From Deltaproteobacteria bacterium (GTDB taxonomy: Bacteria > Desulfobacterota > DSM-4660 > Desulfatiglandales > Desulfatiglandaceae), in assembly GCA_021737425.1 (NCBI GenBank), contig JAIPDZ010000001.1, positions 1 through 62,479 of the forward strand: DNA of 62,479 nt, read 5' to 3'. Below, in pieces: positions 1-10,825 of the stretch. Below the pieces are notes generated by a model, which did not search any database, was not told where the DNA came from, and saw nothing but the letters and a program-made list of their open reading frames with translations. Positions within the stretch are counted from its first letter, which is position 1; every line of letters begins with the position of its first letter. The translations under genes and the position numbers were made by a program.

Positions 1-1485
1 GGCATGGATTAATCTGGGCCGGGTCTTTTCCGGAAAGATGATATGATCCGTATACCCCAGTTCCGCGGCCTTAAAGGGACTGGCCACATTTTCCCGGTAC
101 GCCTCTACCAGCTTTTCTTTGGCAGCCACCGGATCATCGGCCTCGGACAATTCCTTCCTGAAGATGATGTTGGCCGCCCCTTCAGGACCCATGACGGCGA
201 TCTCTGCCGTGGGATAGGCAAAATTGATATCCCCGCCCAGGTGCTTGGCAGACATGGCAATGTAGGCCCCGCCATAGGCCTTGCGGGTGACCACCGTGAT
301 CTTGGGGACCGTGGCCTCTGAATAGGCAAAGATGATCTTGGCCCCGTGTTTGATGATGCCGTCATACTCCTGCTGTACGCCGGGGAGATATCCGGGCACA
401 TCCACAAAGGTGATGGTGGGGATATTGAAGGCGTCGCACATGCGGATGAACCGGGCGCACTTGACCGATGCCTTGGTATCTAAGCACCCGGCCAGAAACC
501 GGGGCTGATTGGCGATAATGCCTACGGAGAGGCCGTTGAGCCGGCCGAACCCCACCACCATATTTTTGGCAAAATGTTCCTGCACCTCCAAGAACCGGTT
601 GTCATCCAGCACGGCCCGAATGATCTCGGTCATGTCATAAGGGATCCTGGGGTTGGTGGGGACCACCGTGTTCAGGAATTTTTCAGTCCTGTGGGGGTCA
701 TCCGTGCATTGCATTGCAGGGGGTTTTTCCCGGTAATTCTGGGGCAGGTAGGAGAGGATCTCCTTGACCCGGTCCAGGGCCGCCTGGTCCGAATCCTCGG
801 CAAAGTGGGCCACCCCGCTCTTGGTATTGTGGGCCATGGCCCCCCCCAGATCCTCCGCGGTCACCTCTTCGGAGGTCACCGCCTTGATGACCTGAGGACC
901 GGTGATGAACATATTGGAGGTCTTCTTGACCATGAGGGTCAAATCGGTCAGGGCCGGAGAGTACACGGCACCCCCGGCACACGGACCCATGATCACGGAG
1001 ATCTGGGGCACCACCCCCGAGCTCCACACATTCCGCTTGAAGATCTCCCCGTATCCCCCCAGGCTCATGACCCCTTCCTGGATCCTGGCCCCGCCCGAAT
1101 CATTCAATCCGATCATGGGGGCGCCGTTCTTGAGGGCCAAATCCATGACCTTGCATATTTTCTGACCAAAGGCGTTGCTCAAAGAGCCCCCGAATACGGT
1201 AAAATCCTGAGAAAAGAGAAATACCCGGCGCCCGTTTATGGTGCCATACCCGGTGACCACCCCGTCTCCGGGGATCTTCTTCTTATCCATGCCGAAGTCC
1301 TGGCACCGGTGAACCACAAATTTATCCAGTTCCTGAAAGCTCCCCTCATCCAGCAGATAGGCGATCCGCTCCCTCGCGGTCATCTTCCCCTTTTGGTGCT
1401 GCTGTTCAATCCGTTTTTCCCCCCCGCCCATCTCGGCCTCAAGGTTCCGGCTCTTCAATTCCTTTATTTTGTCGTCAATATCCAT
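1..1485 (-). CDS. acyl-CoA carboxyltransferase beta subunit (propionyl-CoA carboxylase beta / methylmalonyl-CoA carboxyltransferase 12S family); 3' end runs off the window
   Basis: The minus-strand frame is open from ATG at 1485 to position 1. It is absent from the ORF track, presumably because it has no stop inside the window. My translation starts [61 protein letters not shown]...[29 protein letters not shown]...[16 protein letters not shown], which is typical of the carboxyltransferase N-domain. The 351-aa plus-strand ORF 574-1629 is its antisense shadow. Confidence 0.85.
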   Translation of the reverse strand, partial: MDIDDKIKELKSRNLEAEMGGGEKRIEQQHQKGKMTARERIAYLLDEGSFQELDKFVVHRCQDFGMDKKKIPGDGVVTGYGTINGRRVFLFSQDFTVFGGSLSNAFGQKICKVMDLALKNGAPMIGLNDSGGARIQEGVMSLGGYGEIFKRNVWSSGVVPQISVIMGPCAGGAVYSPALTDLTLMVKKTSNMFITGPQVIKAVTSEEVTAEDLGGAMAHNTKSGVAHFAEDSDQAALDRVKEILSYLPQNYREKPPAMQCTDDPHRTEKFLNTVVPTNPRIPYDMTEIIRAVLDDNRFLEVQEHFAKNMVVGFGRLNGLSVGIIANQPRFLAGCLDTKASVKCARFIRMCDAFNIPTITFVDVPGYLPGVQQEYDGIIKHGAKIIFAYSEATVPKITVVTRKAYGGAYIAMSAKHLGGDINFAYPTAEIAVMGPEGAANIIFRKELSEADDPVAAKEKLVEAYRENVASPFKAAELGYTDHIIFPEKTRPRLIHA

Positions 1486-1722
1486 AAGAACTCTCCGAAT
1501 GTAATGGTTGGTAACCTCAGGATTTCCGTGACCGCCCCGGCCCGATGGGCTCTTATACTATTTCAACGGGCTTTGTTGTCAAGGACAAACCATCCTTTGA
1601 CCCAGCATATGCCCCAATTGAAGCCTTGACATAACCGGCTAAACTGGTTAGCCTTTCACACTCGATGTCAGGAACCGATTTCCGGTTATAACCATTTTCC
1701 ACCATGACAGGGCGGTAGCCAA

Positions 1723-2787
1723 ATGACGAAACCCATAAGAACCATACTGATTTTTCCGGGCCAGGGATCCCAATATGTGGGGATGGGAAAAGACTTCTTT
1801 GACGAATTTGCGGTGGTCAGAGAGGTATATCACCAGGCCAGCGAGGTATTGGGATATGATATGGCAGAGTTGAGCTTCAAGCGGCATCCCTTCAGCAAAT
1901 TCATGCACCGGGCCGACCTGAACAAGACCATATATACCCAGCCCGCCGTTTTGACTATGAGTTATGCCTGCTACCGGGTCCTGGATGAAACCTGCAAGGA
2001 AAGAGGACTGGATCTGAATGTCTCCTTGCTGGCCGGACACAGCCTGGGGGAATACACGGCCCTGCTGGTGGCCGACGCCCTGGACTTTGAAACCTCTCTA
2101 AGACTTGTGAACAGGAGAGCGACGCTCATGACCGAATGGGGCAAGGCCTATCCCGGGGCCGGACTGATGGCCATTGTGAAAAAGGGCGAGGAACTGGACC
2201 AGGACAGAATTTGTGCCTTGTGCAAGGATTTCGGTGTCTCTATCACCTTGAACAATACCAAGAGTCAGATCGTGGTGGGCGGTTCCAAGAGAAGGCTCTC
2301 GGATATGGCGGACAAACTCAAGGAAGAAGGCCTCCGATCCACTATGTTAAAGGTGGAAGGGCCGTTTCACACCCCCATTATGAGACCTGCGGCCGATAAG
2401 TTCAACCGGGAGTTGAAGGACTACGAAATCGATTTTGCCGCCAAGCCGATCATGGCCAATGTCACCTCGGAGGCCATTGTGGACCCGCATCACATCAAAG
2501 AGGAACTCTATCAACAGATCTTCAATATTGTGGACTGGCGGGGCACCATTGAACGGATCATTACCCGACGCCACAATGTGTTTGTGGAAGTGGGACCGAA
2601 ACAGGTCTTAAGCAACATGATCAAAGATATCAATCCAGCCGTGCCCAGGCTTAATGTGGAGAATATGGAGTCATTGGAAAAGACCCTGAAAGAGTTTCCG
2701 AAGCTGGCCGCTTCCGGGCCTACCGAGGAAGATCCGGAGTCTTCGGAAACACCATTGAAACAGACCCCGGATGTACCCGCCGACTGA
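1723..2787 (+). CDS. fabD: malonyl-CoA:ACP transacylase-like acyltransferase with a roughly 40-aa acidic/Pro-rich C-terminal tail
   Basis: N-terminus ILIFPGQGSQYVGMGKDFF and active-site GHSLGEYTAL motif. The length is FabD-like apart from the tail. It is not in a fab cluster, so its physiological role is uncertain. Confidence 0.7.
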   Translation: MTKPIRTILIFPGQGSQYVGMGKDFFDEFAVVREVYHQASEVLGYDMAELSFKRHPFSKFMHRADLNKTIYTQPAVLTMSYACYRVLDETCKERGLDLNVSLLAGHSLGEYTALLVADALDFETSLRLVNRRATLMTEWGKAYPGAGLMAIVKKGEELDQDRICALCKDFGVSITLNNTKSQIVVGGSKRRLSDMADKLKEEGLRSTMLKVEGPFHTPIMRPAADKFNRELKDYEIDFAAKPIMANVTSEAIVDPHHIKEELYQQIFNIVDWRGTIERIITRRHNVFVEVGPKQVLSNMIKDINPAVPRLNVENMESLEKTLKEFPKLAASGPTEEDPESSETPLKQTPDVPAD

Positions 2788-2796
2788 CCCGAGAGT

Positions 2797-4722
2797 TTAG
2801 GTAAGCCACCGCTCCCGCCACATCTCCCACATCAAGAGCGCCCACAGACGGTACTGGTGGTTGGCTTTCAACCCCAGATGGGCCCGGATCTTTTGTTCCA
2901 CCGTCTCAGGGTGAAACAGGCCCTCTTTTTTGAGACGTTCCGCTGAAAGATAGTCCAGCAGGAGCCCCTTCATCTCCCCTCTGAACCAACCGTCAATGGG
3001 CATGCCAAACCCCATCTTGGGCCGCTCAAACAAGGGTTTTGGCACATAGCGGGCCAGGAGCCTCCGGAGCAGATATTTCCCCTTGCCCCTGCGGTATTTG
3101 AGGGAGTCCGGAATTCGGGCGGTGAATTCCAATACCCGGTGGTCCAGAAGCGGGACCCGGACCTCCAGGCCAAAGGCCATGCTGGCCCGGTCCACCTTGG
3201 TCAACATGGCGTCCGGGAGATAGGTCCTTTGGTCTACCCGCATGAGTCGGGAGAGGATGGGCCAACCCCTGGTTTCTTGAAAGGCGTCTTCATATCGGGT
3301 GACCCCCACATCCCTCCCCATGAGCTTCCGGATCTCCGACTCAGACCATAAACAGATGGTCATCCGGTACAAGGCTTCAAGGTCCCCAGGGGTCATCAGG
3401 TGGGTGAGTTTTTGCCACTTTTCAGCGAAATTGGCCACTCGGAAACGCTGGGGCAGCCTATCCCGCCAGGGTAGATAACAGGCCTCCACCCACGAAACCG
3501 GCATTTCTTTCAATATCCCGCTCAATGCGCTTCTCACCGGTTTGGGCAGCCGTTGAAAGGCGGTGGCCATGGACCGGGTGCTCCAGTAGCGGATATACCC
3601 CGCGAACTGCTCATCACCCCCGTCCCCTGAGAGGGCCACCGTAACCCGGGTACGGGCCAGTTCGGAGACCAGGCTGGTGGGTACGGCAGAGGCATCGGCA
3701 AAGGGTTCATCATAGATTTCGGGCAAACGCGGAATGGTCTTGAGGGCGTCTTTGGCGGTCACATAAAACGAGGTGTGATCCGTACCGAGATGGGCGGCCA
3801 CCCTGGCGGCCCAGGGGGCTTCATCATACCCGGGTTCCCTGAACCCGATACTGAAGGTCCGTACCGGTTTTGCACTGGCCTTTTGCATGAGGGCCGCCAC
3901 CAGGGACGAATCGATTCCCCCGCTCAACAGGGCGCCCAAGGGCACATCGCTGACCAGCCGGCTGGACACTGCATCCCCAAGAATTCGCTCCAGTCTATCC
4001 AGAAGAACCGCCTCATTCCCCTCCCCGTTCGCCGGCTCCACCCGCGGCAGGGTCCAGTATTCCTGGGTTTTCAATCCATCCCCTTCATACACCAAAAAAT
4101 GCCCGGGCAGGAGCTTGAACGTATGTCTAAATACGGTCCGGGGAGCAGGGATATACTGATAATGGAGGAAAAGGGGCACTGCTTCGGGGTCTATGTCCCT
4201 GGGAAAATCCTCAAATGCCATCAGGGATTTGAGTTCGGATGCAAACAGAAAGGTGCCGGCCTTATAATGATAATAAAGCGGTTTGACGCCGATGCGGTCC
4301 CGGGCCAGAAAAAACCGCCCCAGCCGCTGGTCCCACAGGGCAAAGGCGAACATCCCCACAAACCGGCTCAGGCACGCCTCTCCCCATTGCACGTAGGCCC
4401 TGAGGATCACCTCGGTGTCGGTTTGGGTCCAAAAGCCATGTCCCAGGCCGGCCAAGGTCTCCCGGATTTCCTTGAAATTATAGATCTCCCCATTATAAAC
4501 GATTTGGATTCTTCCGTCTTCTGTGGCCATGGGCTGTTGCCCGGCCTCAGACAGATCAATGACGGAAAGCCGCCTGTGTCCCAGGCCCACACCGTTTTCC
4601 GGGTCCAAAAAAAGGCCTGAATCATCCGGGCCGCGATGGGCCAGTCTGGTGATCGCCCGGGGGAGGGACTCCTGGAGACGACTCACATGGTGATTGGACT
4701 TGAAACCGACAATCCCGCACAT
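2797..4722 (-). CDS. asnB: asparagine synthetase (glutamine-hydrolysing)
   Basis: MCGIVGF N-terminal nucleophile Cys2, SGGIDSS pyrophosphatase loop, 641 aa. Confidence 0.85.
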   Translation of the reverse strand: MCGIVGFKSNHHVSRLQESLPRAITRLAHRGPDDSGLFLDPENGVGLGHRRLSVIDLSEAGQQPMATEDGRIQIVYNGEIYNFKEIRETLAGLGHGFWTQTDTEVILRAYVQWGEACLSRFVGMFAFALWDQRLGRFFLARDRIGVKPLYYHYKAGTFLFASELKSLMAFEDFPRDIDPEAVPLFLHYQYIPAPRTVFRHTFKLLPGHFLVYEGDGLKTQEYWTLPRVEPANGEGNEAVLLDRLERILGDAVSSRLVSDVPLGALLSGGIDSSLVAALMQKASAKPVRTFSIGFREPGYDEAPWAARVAAHLGTDHTSFYVTAKDALKTIPRLPEIYDEPFADASAVPTSLVSELARTRVTVALSGDGGDEQFAGYIRYWSTRSMATAFQRLPKPVRSALSGILKEMPVSWVEACYLPWRDRLPQRFRVANFAEKWQKLTHLMTPGDLEALYRMTICLWSESEIRKLMGRDVGVTRYEDAFQETRGWPILSRLMRVDQRTYLPDAMLTKVDRASMAFGLEVRVPLLDHRVLEFTARIPDSLKYRRGKGKYLLRRLLARYVPKPLFERPKMGFGMPIDGWFRGEMKGLLLDYLSAERLKKEGLFHPETVEQKIRAHLGLKANHQYRLWALLMWEMWRERWLT

Positions 4723-4819
4723 GGCTTCTGGGCTCTATGGTGCCTTGGGGTCAATGAATGGGGGCTAAGGAATCCCCTGCCTTGAGACCGGAGCATAGGG
4801 GATTTCGGGACCCCATGTC

Positions 4820-4851
4820 AAAAAAAAGGAGGCCCAAAGGAAAAGGCCTCC
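4820..4851 (-). terminator. intrinsic terminator downstream of fhs
   Basis: On the minus strand, GGAGGCC-10 nt loop-GGCCUCC is followed by U8. It lies 30 nt after the fhs stop codon. Confidence 0.6.
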
Positions 4852-4881
4852 TTCTCAGTTACGGTTGAGCCAGGTTCAGGT

Positions 4882-6645
4882 TTAGAATAGACCGGTGACC
4901 TTGCCGGTACTGGTATCCACATCCACTCTCCTGAAGGCCGGATTTGAACTGGTGCCCGGCATCAGGCTGATGGTCCCTGCGCAGGGGCAGAGGAATTTGG
5001 CGCCCGAATAGATGAGCACGTCGCGAACGGTGAGATTCCAGCCCTTGGGGACACCCTTCTTGGCCACATCGTCAGTGAGGCTCAGATGGGTCTTCACCAT
5101 CATGGTGGCAAAGTCGTCGTACTTGGGATCACTCTCCAGCATCTTGGCCTTGGCCTCTGCATCCGCAGTCCATGACACGCCGTCGGCCCCGTACACCTCT
5201 TTGGCGATCAGATCCACCCGATCGCGGAGCTTGGTCTCGATGGGATACAGATACTTGAATTCATTTTCCTCATCGCAGGCCTCTTTGACGGCCTCGGCAA
5301 ATTCTATGGCCCCATCCCCGCCGTCGGCCCAGTGCGTGGATTTGGCGCAGCGTGCACCCGCCGCCTCGGCCGCCTTTCTGACCACCTCGATTTCGGCATC
5401 GGTATCGGTGTGGAAGCAGTTGATGCAGACCACCGGGTTGATCCCGGCCTTCCGGATGGTGTGAATATGATGGACCATGTTTTCGCAGCCCTTTTCCACC
5501 AGTTCCAGATTTTCCTTTTTGTATTCGTCCGGAAGATCCAGGCCGGCCACCACCTTGGGACCGCCGCCGTGCATCTTGAGGGCGCGGATGGTGCTGGTCA
5601 GAACGGATACATGGGGTTTGAGACCGCTGTTGCGGCACTTCACATTCCAGAATTTCTCAAATCCGATATCTGCCCCGAACCCGCTCTCCGTAATATGATA
5701 ATCAAACAGCTTGAGGCCTACGCGGTCAGCAATGATGGATGACTGACCCACCGCAATATTGGCAAAAGGCCCGGCATGGACCATACAGGGCTGGTATTCA
5801 GCCGTGCACATGAGCGTGGGGTTGATGGTATTGCGCATCCACGCGGTCATGGCGCCGCCGCATTCCAGGTCCCCGGTGGTCACGGGCTTACCGGATTTAT
5901 CAAAGGCCAGGGTGATATTATCGAGCCGCTCCCGCAAGTCCTCCAGGTTCCGGACGATGGAAAGAATGGCCATGCATTCCGATCCCACGGCAATACCGAA
6001 TTTGGACTGCATGGTAAACCCGTCATACCGGCCGCCGAGGCCGATGACGATATTCCTGAGGGCCTGGGCACAATAATCGATGATCCAGCCAAATTCCACG
6101 CGGGTGGGGTCGATGTTGAGCCGACGCATTTTGGTCAGCCTCTCCAGCTGCTCGTCATTGTAGTTCCGCTCATGCTGCATCCGTGCGGTCAAAGCCACCA
6201 TGGCCAGGTTATGGGCGTTCATGATGTCGTTGATATCGCCGGTCAATCCCAGGGAAAACTCGGTCATGGGAATGAGCAGGGAATTGCCGCCTCCGGCAGC
6301 CGTCCCCTTGATGTTCATGGTGGGGCCGCCCGAGGGCTGCCTCAAGGCACCGCCCACGTTCAGGCCCAGTTTGCCCATGCCTTCCATGAGGCCACAGGAT
6401 GTGGTGCTTTTCCCTTCACCCAAGGGGGTGGGGGTGATGGCGGTCACTTCGATGTACTTGCCGTCCGGTTTGTCGCCCAGACGATCCATGATCTTGAGGA
6501 AATCCAGTTTCCCCAACCTGCCCATGGGAAGCATCTCTTCCTTTTTGAGTCCCAGCTTCTCGGCCCACTCCTCGGGCAGGGGCATGTTTTCTTCCGCCGC
6601 TTCCGAGATCTGCCAATCGGCCATTTCTACTGCGTTATAAGCCAT
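4882..6645 (-). CDS. fhs: formate--tetrahydrofolate ligase
   Basis: Contains [15 protein letters not shown] and the rest of the conserved FTHFS sequence. I place the start at ATG 6645 ([13 protein letters not shown]), preceded by GAAGGAGGG, rather than at the track start 6798. Confidence 0.9.
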   Translation of the reverse strand: MAYNAVEMADWQISEAAEENMPLPEEWAEKLGLKKEEMLPMGRLGKLDFLKIMDRLGDKPDGKYIEVTAITPTPLGEGKSTTSCGLMEGMGKLGLNVGGALRQPSGGPTMNIKGTAAGGGNSLLIPMTEFSLGLTGDINDIMNAHNLAMVALTARMQHERNYNDEQLERLTKMRRLNIDPTRVEFGWIIDYCAQALRNIVIGLGGRYDGFTMQSKFGIAVGSECMAILSIVRNLEDLRERLDNITLAFDKSGKPVTTGDLECGGAMTAWMRNTINPTLMCTAEYQPCMVHAGPFANIAVGQSSIIADRVGLKLFDYHITESGFGADIGFEKFWNVKCRNSGLKPHVSVLTSTIRALKMHGGGPKVVAGLDLPDEYKKENLELVEKGCENMVHHIHTIRKAGINPVVCINCFHTDTDAEIEVVRKAAEAAGARCAKSTHWADGGDGAIEFAEAVKEACDEENEFKYLYPIETKLRDRVDLIAKEVYGADGVSWTADAEAKAKMLESDPKYDDFATMMVKTHLSLTDDVAKKGVPKGWNLTVRDVLIYSGAKFLCPCAGTISLMPGTSSNPAFRRVDVDTSTGKVTGLF

Positions 6646-7014
6646 TTGTTTTACCCTCCTTCTATTCCGTTGGTTTTTGGGTGCGGATATATCCGCCTCA
6701 CCCGGGTTTATATTTATGGACTGTCCGTCCACAAATCGTTTTCGGACCCTGTCGCGCGTCCCACCCCCAAATGCGCAATTTTTCACAAGGTCAGGCAAAA
6801 CCCGACGTCATCCGGAGGTGTACGATACAGTCTGTCGCACAACAAACCCACCGTGTAACATCGACCTGTCCCGACCAAAGCGGGGGATTGCGGAAAAGAG
6901 CCTTTTGTGGGTGGAAACGATTTAGCCAAAATAGGGTTGGCTTTTTAAAGACGCCCCTGATTATCACAAAAAAAACGGGGCGTCAAGCAATCTTGACACA
7001 TTTCAAACTATTCC

Positions 7015-7043
7015 TTGATGGAAAAAAGGTTAGATCCTATAAT
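7015..7043 (+). promoter_or_regulatory. sigma-70-type promoter candidate (TTGATG-17 nt-TATAAT)
   Basis: -35 TTGATG at 7015-7020, a 17-nt spacer, and a perfect -10 TATAAT at 7038-7043. It lies about 85 nt upstream of the 7129 ATG. Confidence 0.5.
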
Positions 7044-7128
7044 CGGCCCCGACCCATGGAAAACATGCCCGTTTGTGCGGGCAACCGGAACCATTCACCC
7101 CAGCGTGTCTACCCCGAGCGGATAAAGG

Positions 7129-7410
7129 ATGAAGACCACCCGCCAGCAGATCATCCATCTTTTGAGCCAGGTGGAGACGGATGCACTGGGAATTTCCCAG
7201 GAACTGAGGATCCGGGAAAGGGAGGTGTATGAACACCTCCCCCATGTGGCCCGATCTGTGCGCGCCAGGGGAAAACAACTGATCATCACACCCGCGAGTT
7301 GCCTGAAATGCGGGTATGTATTTGAAGCCCGCACCCGCTTTACCCGGCCCGGTCGATGTCCCAAATGCAGAGAAACCCATGTTCAACGACCCACCTATCG
7401 GATTGACTGA
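7129..7410 (+). CDS. small transcriptional regulator, winged-HTH fused to a C-terminal zinc ribbon
   Basis: 93 aa. N-terminal HTH-like segment (QIIHLLSQVETDALGISQELRIREREVYEHL) plus CLKCG...CPKC, a four-Cys ribbon. Confidence 0.5.
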   Translation: MKTTRQQIIHLLSQVETDALGISQELRIREREVYEHLPHVARSVRARGKQLIITPASCLKCGYVFEARTRFTRPGRCPKCRETHVQRPTYRID

Positions 7411-7516
7411 AGGGAGCAAAGATGCCAAAAGGGCGGTGTGCAATTGGCCAACCCCAAGAACCCAGTGTTCAGCATTCCCCTGAGGGGTGTGGAGACACGT
7501 AAAAGGAGATGCCATC

Positions 7517-8335
7517 ATGGACCAAAACCGGAAGTTGGGATTCATCGGTGCGGGAAACATGGCCACGGCCCTCATTAAGGGCCTGCTGCAGGACGGCCGT
7601 TATCAAGCGGAGGATTTGCTGGCATCGGACAACAGCGATACGGCATTGCGTAGAATCTCCGCGGATTTCGGTGTGCCAGGGTATTCTTCCAATCTGGATC
7701 TCCTGGCCAAGAGCGAGATCGTAATCTTGAGTATCAAACCCCAGAGTATGAAAGACGTGCTGGACCATGTGAAGGGAGCACTCAGGACCGATCACCTGCT
7801 CATCTCCATTGCGGCCGGGATACCGCTTTGCATGATTGGCGACATCATACCACAGGATATCCCCCTGATCCGGGTCATGCCCAACACCCCGGCCTTGGTG
7901 CAGCAGGGCATCAGTGCCCTGGCGGCCGGGCCCTCTGCATCGCCGGCCCATATGCGCACGGCAAAAGGGATATTCGCGGCAGTGGGGGAGACCGTGGAAG
8001 TATCCGAAGAGATGATGGATGCAGTCACTGCGGTCTCGGGGAGCGGCCCCGGATATGTATTTTACCTGATGGAAGGCATGGTGGACGCGGCTGTAGCCAC
8101 CGGGCTTGACCCGCAAACCGCCATCCGTCTCGTGATCCAGACCTTCTTAGGGGCGGCCCATCTCGCCAAGACGTCTGAAGACTCCCTGTCGAGGCTCCGT
8201 GAAAAGGTGACCTCCCCCGGGGGCACCACGGCAGCGGGGCTCGACATGCTTGAGAAGCTGGGGATGAAGCGCGCCATCCAAAAAGGCGTGGACGCGGCCT
8301 ACCGGCGATCCGTGGAATTGGGAAAGCCCGATTAA
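7517..8335 (+). CDS. proC: pyrroline-5-carboxylate reductase
   Basis: Rossmann fold motif LGFIGAGNMATALIKG and the conserved C-terminal SPGGTT motif. Start taken at ATG 7517, after AAAGGAG. Confidence 0.85.
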   Translation: MDQNRKLGFIGAGNMATALIKGLLQDGRYQAEDLLASDNSDTALRRISADFGVPGYSSNLDLLAKSEIVILSIKPQSMKDVLDHVKGALRTDHLLISIAAGIPLCMIGDIIPQDIPLIRVMPNTPALVQQGISALAAGPSASPAHMRTAKGIFAAVGETVEVSEEMMDAVTAVSGSGPGYVFYLMEGMVDAAVATGLDPQTAIRLVIQTFLGAAHLAKTSEDSLSRLREKVTSPGGTTAAGLDMLEKLGMKRAIQKGVDAAYRRSVELGKPD

Positions 8336-8464
8336 GCCCCCCCTCTCTTCATGCAACCCCTTCATGGTCAACCTCCTGGTAAAATTGGGTTGACAATAAG
8401 GGTCCTGGATGGTACCAACCCTTTTCCGGCCCAGGAAAGTATCTTCAATCGGTGGAGCAGTGCT

Positions 8465-9436
8465 GTGACGACCAAATACCGACTCCTCGTCGGTCTGAAA
8501 GAAAACAGGGGCGACTGGGTCTCCGGAGAGGCCCTCAGCAAGCGTCTTTCGGTAAGCCGATCCGCAGTCTGGAAGAATATTGAAAACTTGCGGACAGAGG
8601 GATATGACATCGAATCCGCTCCTAAAAAAGGATACCGCCTTTGGCGGGTGCCGGATCTGCTCCTCCCTGCGGAAATCCTGGACGGTCTTCAGACCCGGAA
8701 CTTTGGCAGAGGAAAGATCGCCCATTTTATGGACATCGATTCCACCAACGACCGGGCCAAGGAGATGGCCCTGGGCGGAGCGACCGAAGGCACGGTGGTG
8801 GTGGCCGAAAATCAGGCCAGGGGAAGAGGGAGAAAAGGAAGAGTGTGGTTTTCACCGCCCACAGACGGGATTTATTGTTCCGTGATCCTGAGGCCCGGAA
8901 TTCCGCCGGCCGACGGCCCCAAGCTCACCTTCCTCTCTGCAGTGGCAGCCGCCGAGGCCCTGCAACGGCTGACCTCCCTGAGGCCGACCATAAAATGGCC
9001 CAATGATATCCTGATCAACGGCAAAAAGCTGGCCGGGATCCTGACCGAAATGGCCTCGGAACCGGATGCCATCACCTATGTGGTGGTGGGGATGGGCATG
9101 AACGTGAACACCCGAGGGTTCCCGGAGGAGATCGGACCAAGGGCCACCTCCGTGTTCAGGGAGACCCACGAACCGGTTTCCAGGGTGGGTCTCCTGCAGG
9201 CCTATCTGGAGCAAATGGAAACATGGTACGGGGCTCTCCAAAACAAGGGCTTCGGACCGATTGTACAAAGATGGCGCAACCTGGCGGATATCGAGGGCAA
9301 ACACGTACGGGTGGAAATGATGGGCAAAACCATTGAAGGCCGGGTCCGGGATATTGATCCGGACGGTCTCCTTATGGTGGAGGAAAAAAACGGGACCTCG
9401 CACCGGATCATCTGCGGGGATGTGTTTTTTTTATGA
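8465..9436 (+). CDS. birA: bifunctional biotin--[acetyl-CoA-carboxylase] ligase / biotin operon repressor
   Basis: N-terminal HTH (GEALSKRLSVSRSAVWKNIENLRTEGYDIESAPKKGYRL) and the GRGRKGRVW biotinyl-AMP loop. A GTG start at 8465 gives about 323 aa. The start is uncertain; the track ORF begins at 8351. Confidence 0.8.
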   Translation: MTTKYRLLVGLKENRGDWVSGEALSKRLSVSRSAVWKNIENLRTEGYDIESAPKKGYRLWRVPDLLLPAEILDGLQTRNFGRGKIAHFMDIDSTNDRAKEMALGGATEGTVVVAENQARGRGRKGRVWFSPPTDGIYCSVILRPGIPPADGPKLTFLSAVAAAEALQRLTSLRPTIKWPNDILINGKKLAGILTEMASEPDAITYVVVGMGMNVNTRGFPEEIGPRATSVFRETHEPVSRVGLLQAYLEQMETWYGALQNKGFGPIVQRWRNLADIEGKHVRVEMMGKTIEGRVRDIDPDGLLMVEEKNGTSHRIICGDVFFL

Positions 9437-9446
9437 ACAACACCCC

Positions 9447-9986
9447 ATGAAAACCCGCGCATCCATAAGACGGATGGTCTACGCGTCCCTGTTCGGCGCG
9501 GCCACGGCAGCCGGGGCATTCATCATGATTCCCCTGCCGCCCGTGCCCATTACCCTTCAGACCCTGATCCTCTATCTCGCGGCCGCTCTTTTGGGGGGCA
9601 GGCTCGGGGCACTGAGCCAGATCATATATCTCATCATCGGCATCATGGGATTTCCGGTTTTTGCCGGAGGCAAAGGGGGGCTGGGGGTCCTGATGGGACC
9701 TACCGGCGGCTATCTGATCGGTTTTGTGGCCGGGGCCTATGTCCTGGGAAAACTCCTTGAAATTCCAAAAGCGCCCCAACTGCCGTGGATGATTTGTGCC
9801 ATGGGCGTGGGAACGCTCATCATCTACCTGTTCGGGGTCGCCCAGCTGATTCTGGTGGCAAGACTGTCCCTGTCCAAGGCGATTATGGTGGGGGTGCTTC
9901 CCTTTCTGATCGGGGATGCCGTCAAGGTCACGGCGGCGTCTTTGGCGGCATTGAAAATCAAAAAGCACATACGGCTTTCGCCATGA
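9447..9986 (+). CDS. bioY: biotin ECF transporter S component
   Basis: 179 aa, multi-TM, with PITLQTL and MGPTGGYLIGF motifs typical of BioY. It lies directly after birA. Confidence 0.85.
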   Translation: MKTRASIRRMVYASLFGAATAAGAFIMIPLPPVPITLQTLILYLAAALLGGRLGALSQIIYLIIGIMGFPVFAGGKGGLGVLMGPTGGYLIGFVAGAYVLGKLLEIPKAPQLPWMICAMGVGTLIIYLFGVAQLILVARLSLSKAIMVGVLPFLIGDAVKVTAASLAALKIKKHIRLSP

Positions 9987-10816
9987 TCCAGGTGAACCAC
10001 CTCTTTTATGAATACGATTCCCACGCGGGGCCGGTCCTGAGGGACCTGGATCTGTCGATCCCTGCGGGCAGCTATGTGGGGGTCATCGGCCCCAACGGAT
10101 GCGGTAAGACCACCTTTATCCGGCATTTAAACGGTCTGTTGTCCCCCACTTCCGGCGAGGTGTGGGTGGAGGGGATCAACACCCGGGATACGGATCAACT
10201 CCCTCTCATACGCCAGTCCGTGGGCATGGTCTTTCAGAACCCGGACAATCAAATCGTGGGAATGAGTGTGGAAGAAGACGTGGCCTTTGGTCCCGGGAAC
10301 ATGGGTCTTCCATCCATGGAGATCCAGGACCGGGTGAAAGACGCCCTGGACCTCGTAGGGATGAGGGATCAGGCCAAAAGGGCCCCCCACACCCTTTCCA
10401 ACGGGGAAAAGCAGCTCGTTGCCATGGCCGGGGTGCTGGCCATGGCCCCCAAAACCATTCTGCTGGACGAACCCACGGCCTATCTGGATCCTTCGGCCCG
10501 CAAGCGGCTCCTGTCCGTGCTCCGGGACCTCCATGGTGAGGGCATTACCATCGTGCATGTCACCCACACCATGGATGAGATTGCACAGGCCGATGACATC
10601 GTGGTCCTGCACCAGGGCCGAATCGTACAGCAAGGGGCCCCTGCCCGGGTCTTCAGCCGGATTGAACGCCTCCGAGGCCTGGGATTGGACATCCCCACGG
10701 TGACCACCCTCATGTTGAAGATGCAACACTCCGGGTTTCCTGTTCGCACCGATATATTCACTGTGGAAGATGCATACGCAGAGCTCTCCCCCCTGATGGG
10801 AACTCGATCCGGGTGA
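9983..10816 (+). CDS. bioM: ECF transporter ATPase component
   Basis: Walker A GPNGCGKTT, signature LSNGEKQ, Walker B ILLDEPTAYLD. Its ATG overlaps the bioY stop (ATGA). Confidence 0.8.
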   Translation: MIQVNHLFYEYDSHAGPVLRDLDLSIPAGSYVGVIGPNGCGKTTFIRHLNGLLSPTSGEVWVEGINTRDTDQLPLIRQSVGMVFQNPDNQIVGMSVEEDVAFGPGNMGLPSMEIQDRVKDALDLVGMRDQAKRAPHTLSNGEKQLVAMAGVLAMAPKTILLDEPTAYLDPSARKRLLSVLRDLHGEGITIVHVTHTMDEIAQADDIVVLHQGRIVQQGAPARVFSRIERLRGLGLDIPTVTTLMLKMQHSGFPVRTDIFTVEDAYAELSPLMGTRSG

Positions 10817-10825
10817 GGTGCGAAT

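Noticed and set aside
574-1629. 351-aa plus-strand ORF (and 698-1027, 902-1165) overlapping the carboxyltransferase gene
   Set aside because: The translation is G/P/H/R-rich and low in complexity, with no motifs. The opposite strand encodes an unmistakable carboxyltransferase, so this is an antisense shadow ORF typical of GC-rich DNA.
6646-6798. Track start codon at 6798 for fhs (51 extra N-terminal residues)
   Set aside because: The extension ([22 protein letters not shown]..) is not FTHFS-like. ATG 6645 has a strong GGAGGG RBS and gives the canonical N-terminus.
3775-6858. Long plus-strand ORFs 3775-4620 and 5776-6858 (and many shorter ones) opposite asnB and fhs
   Set aside because: These are antisense shadows of clearly identified minus-strand genes. 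Their composition is biased (G, P, H, R) and they have no RBS.
6646-6900. ZTP (pfl) or THF riboswitch in the fhs leader
   Set aside because: No GGGUCG...ACUGGCG...CCGCCUGGGC-type ZTP core or THF-like core could be matched by eye, so no riboswitch call was made.
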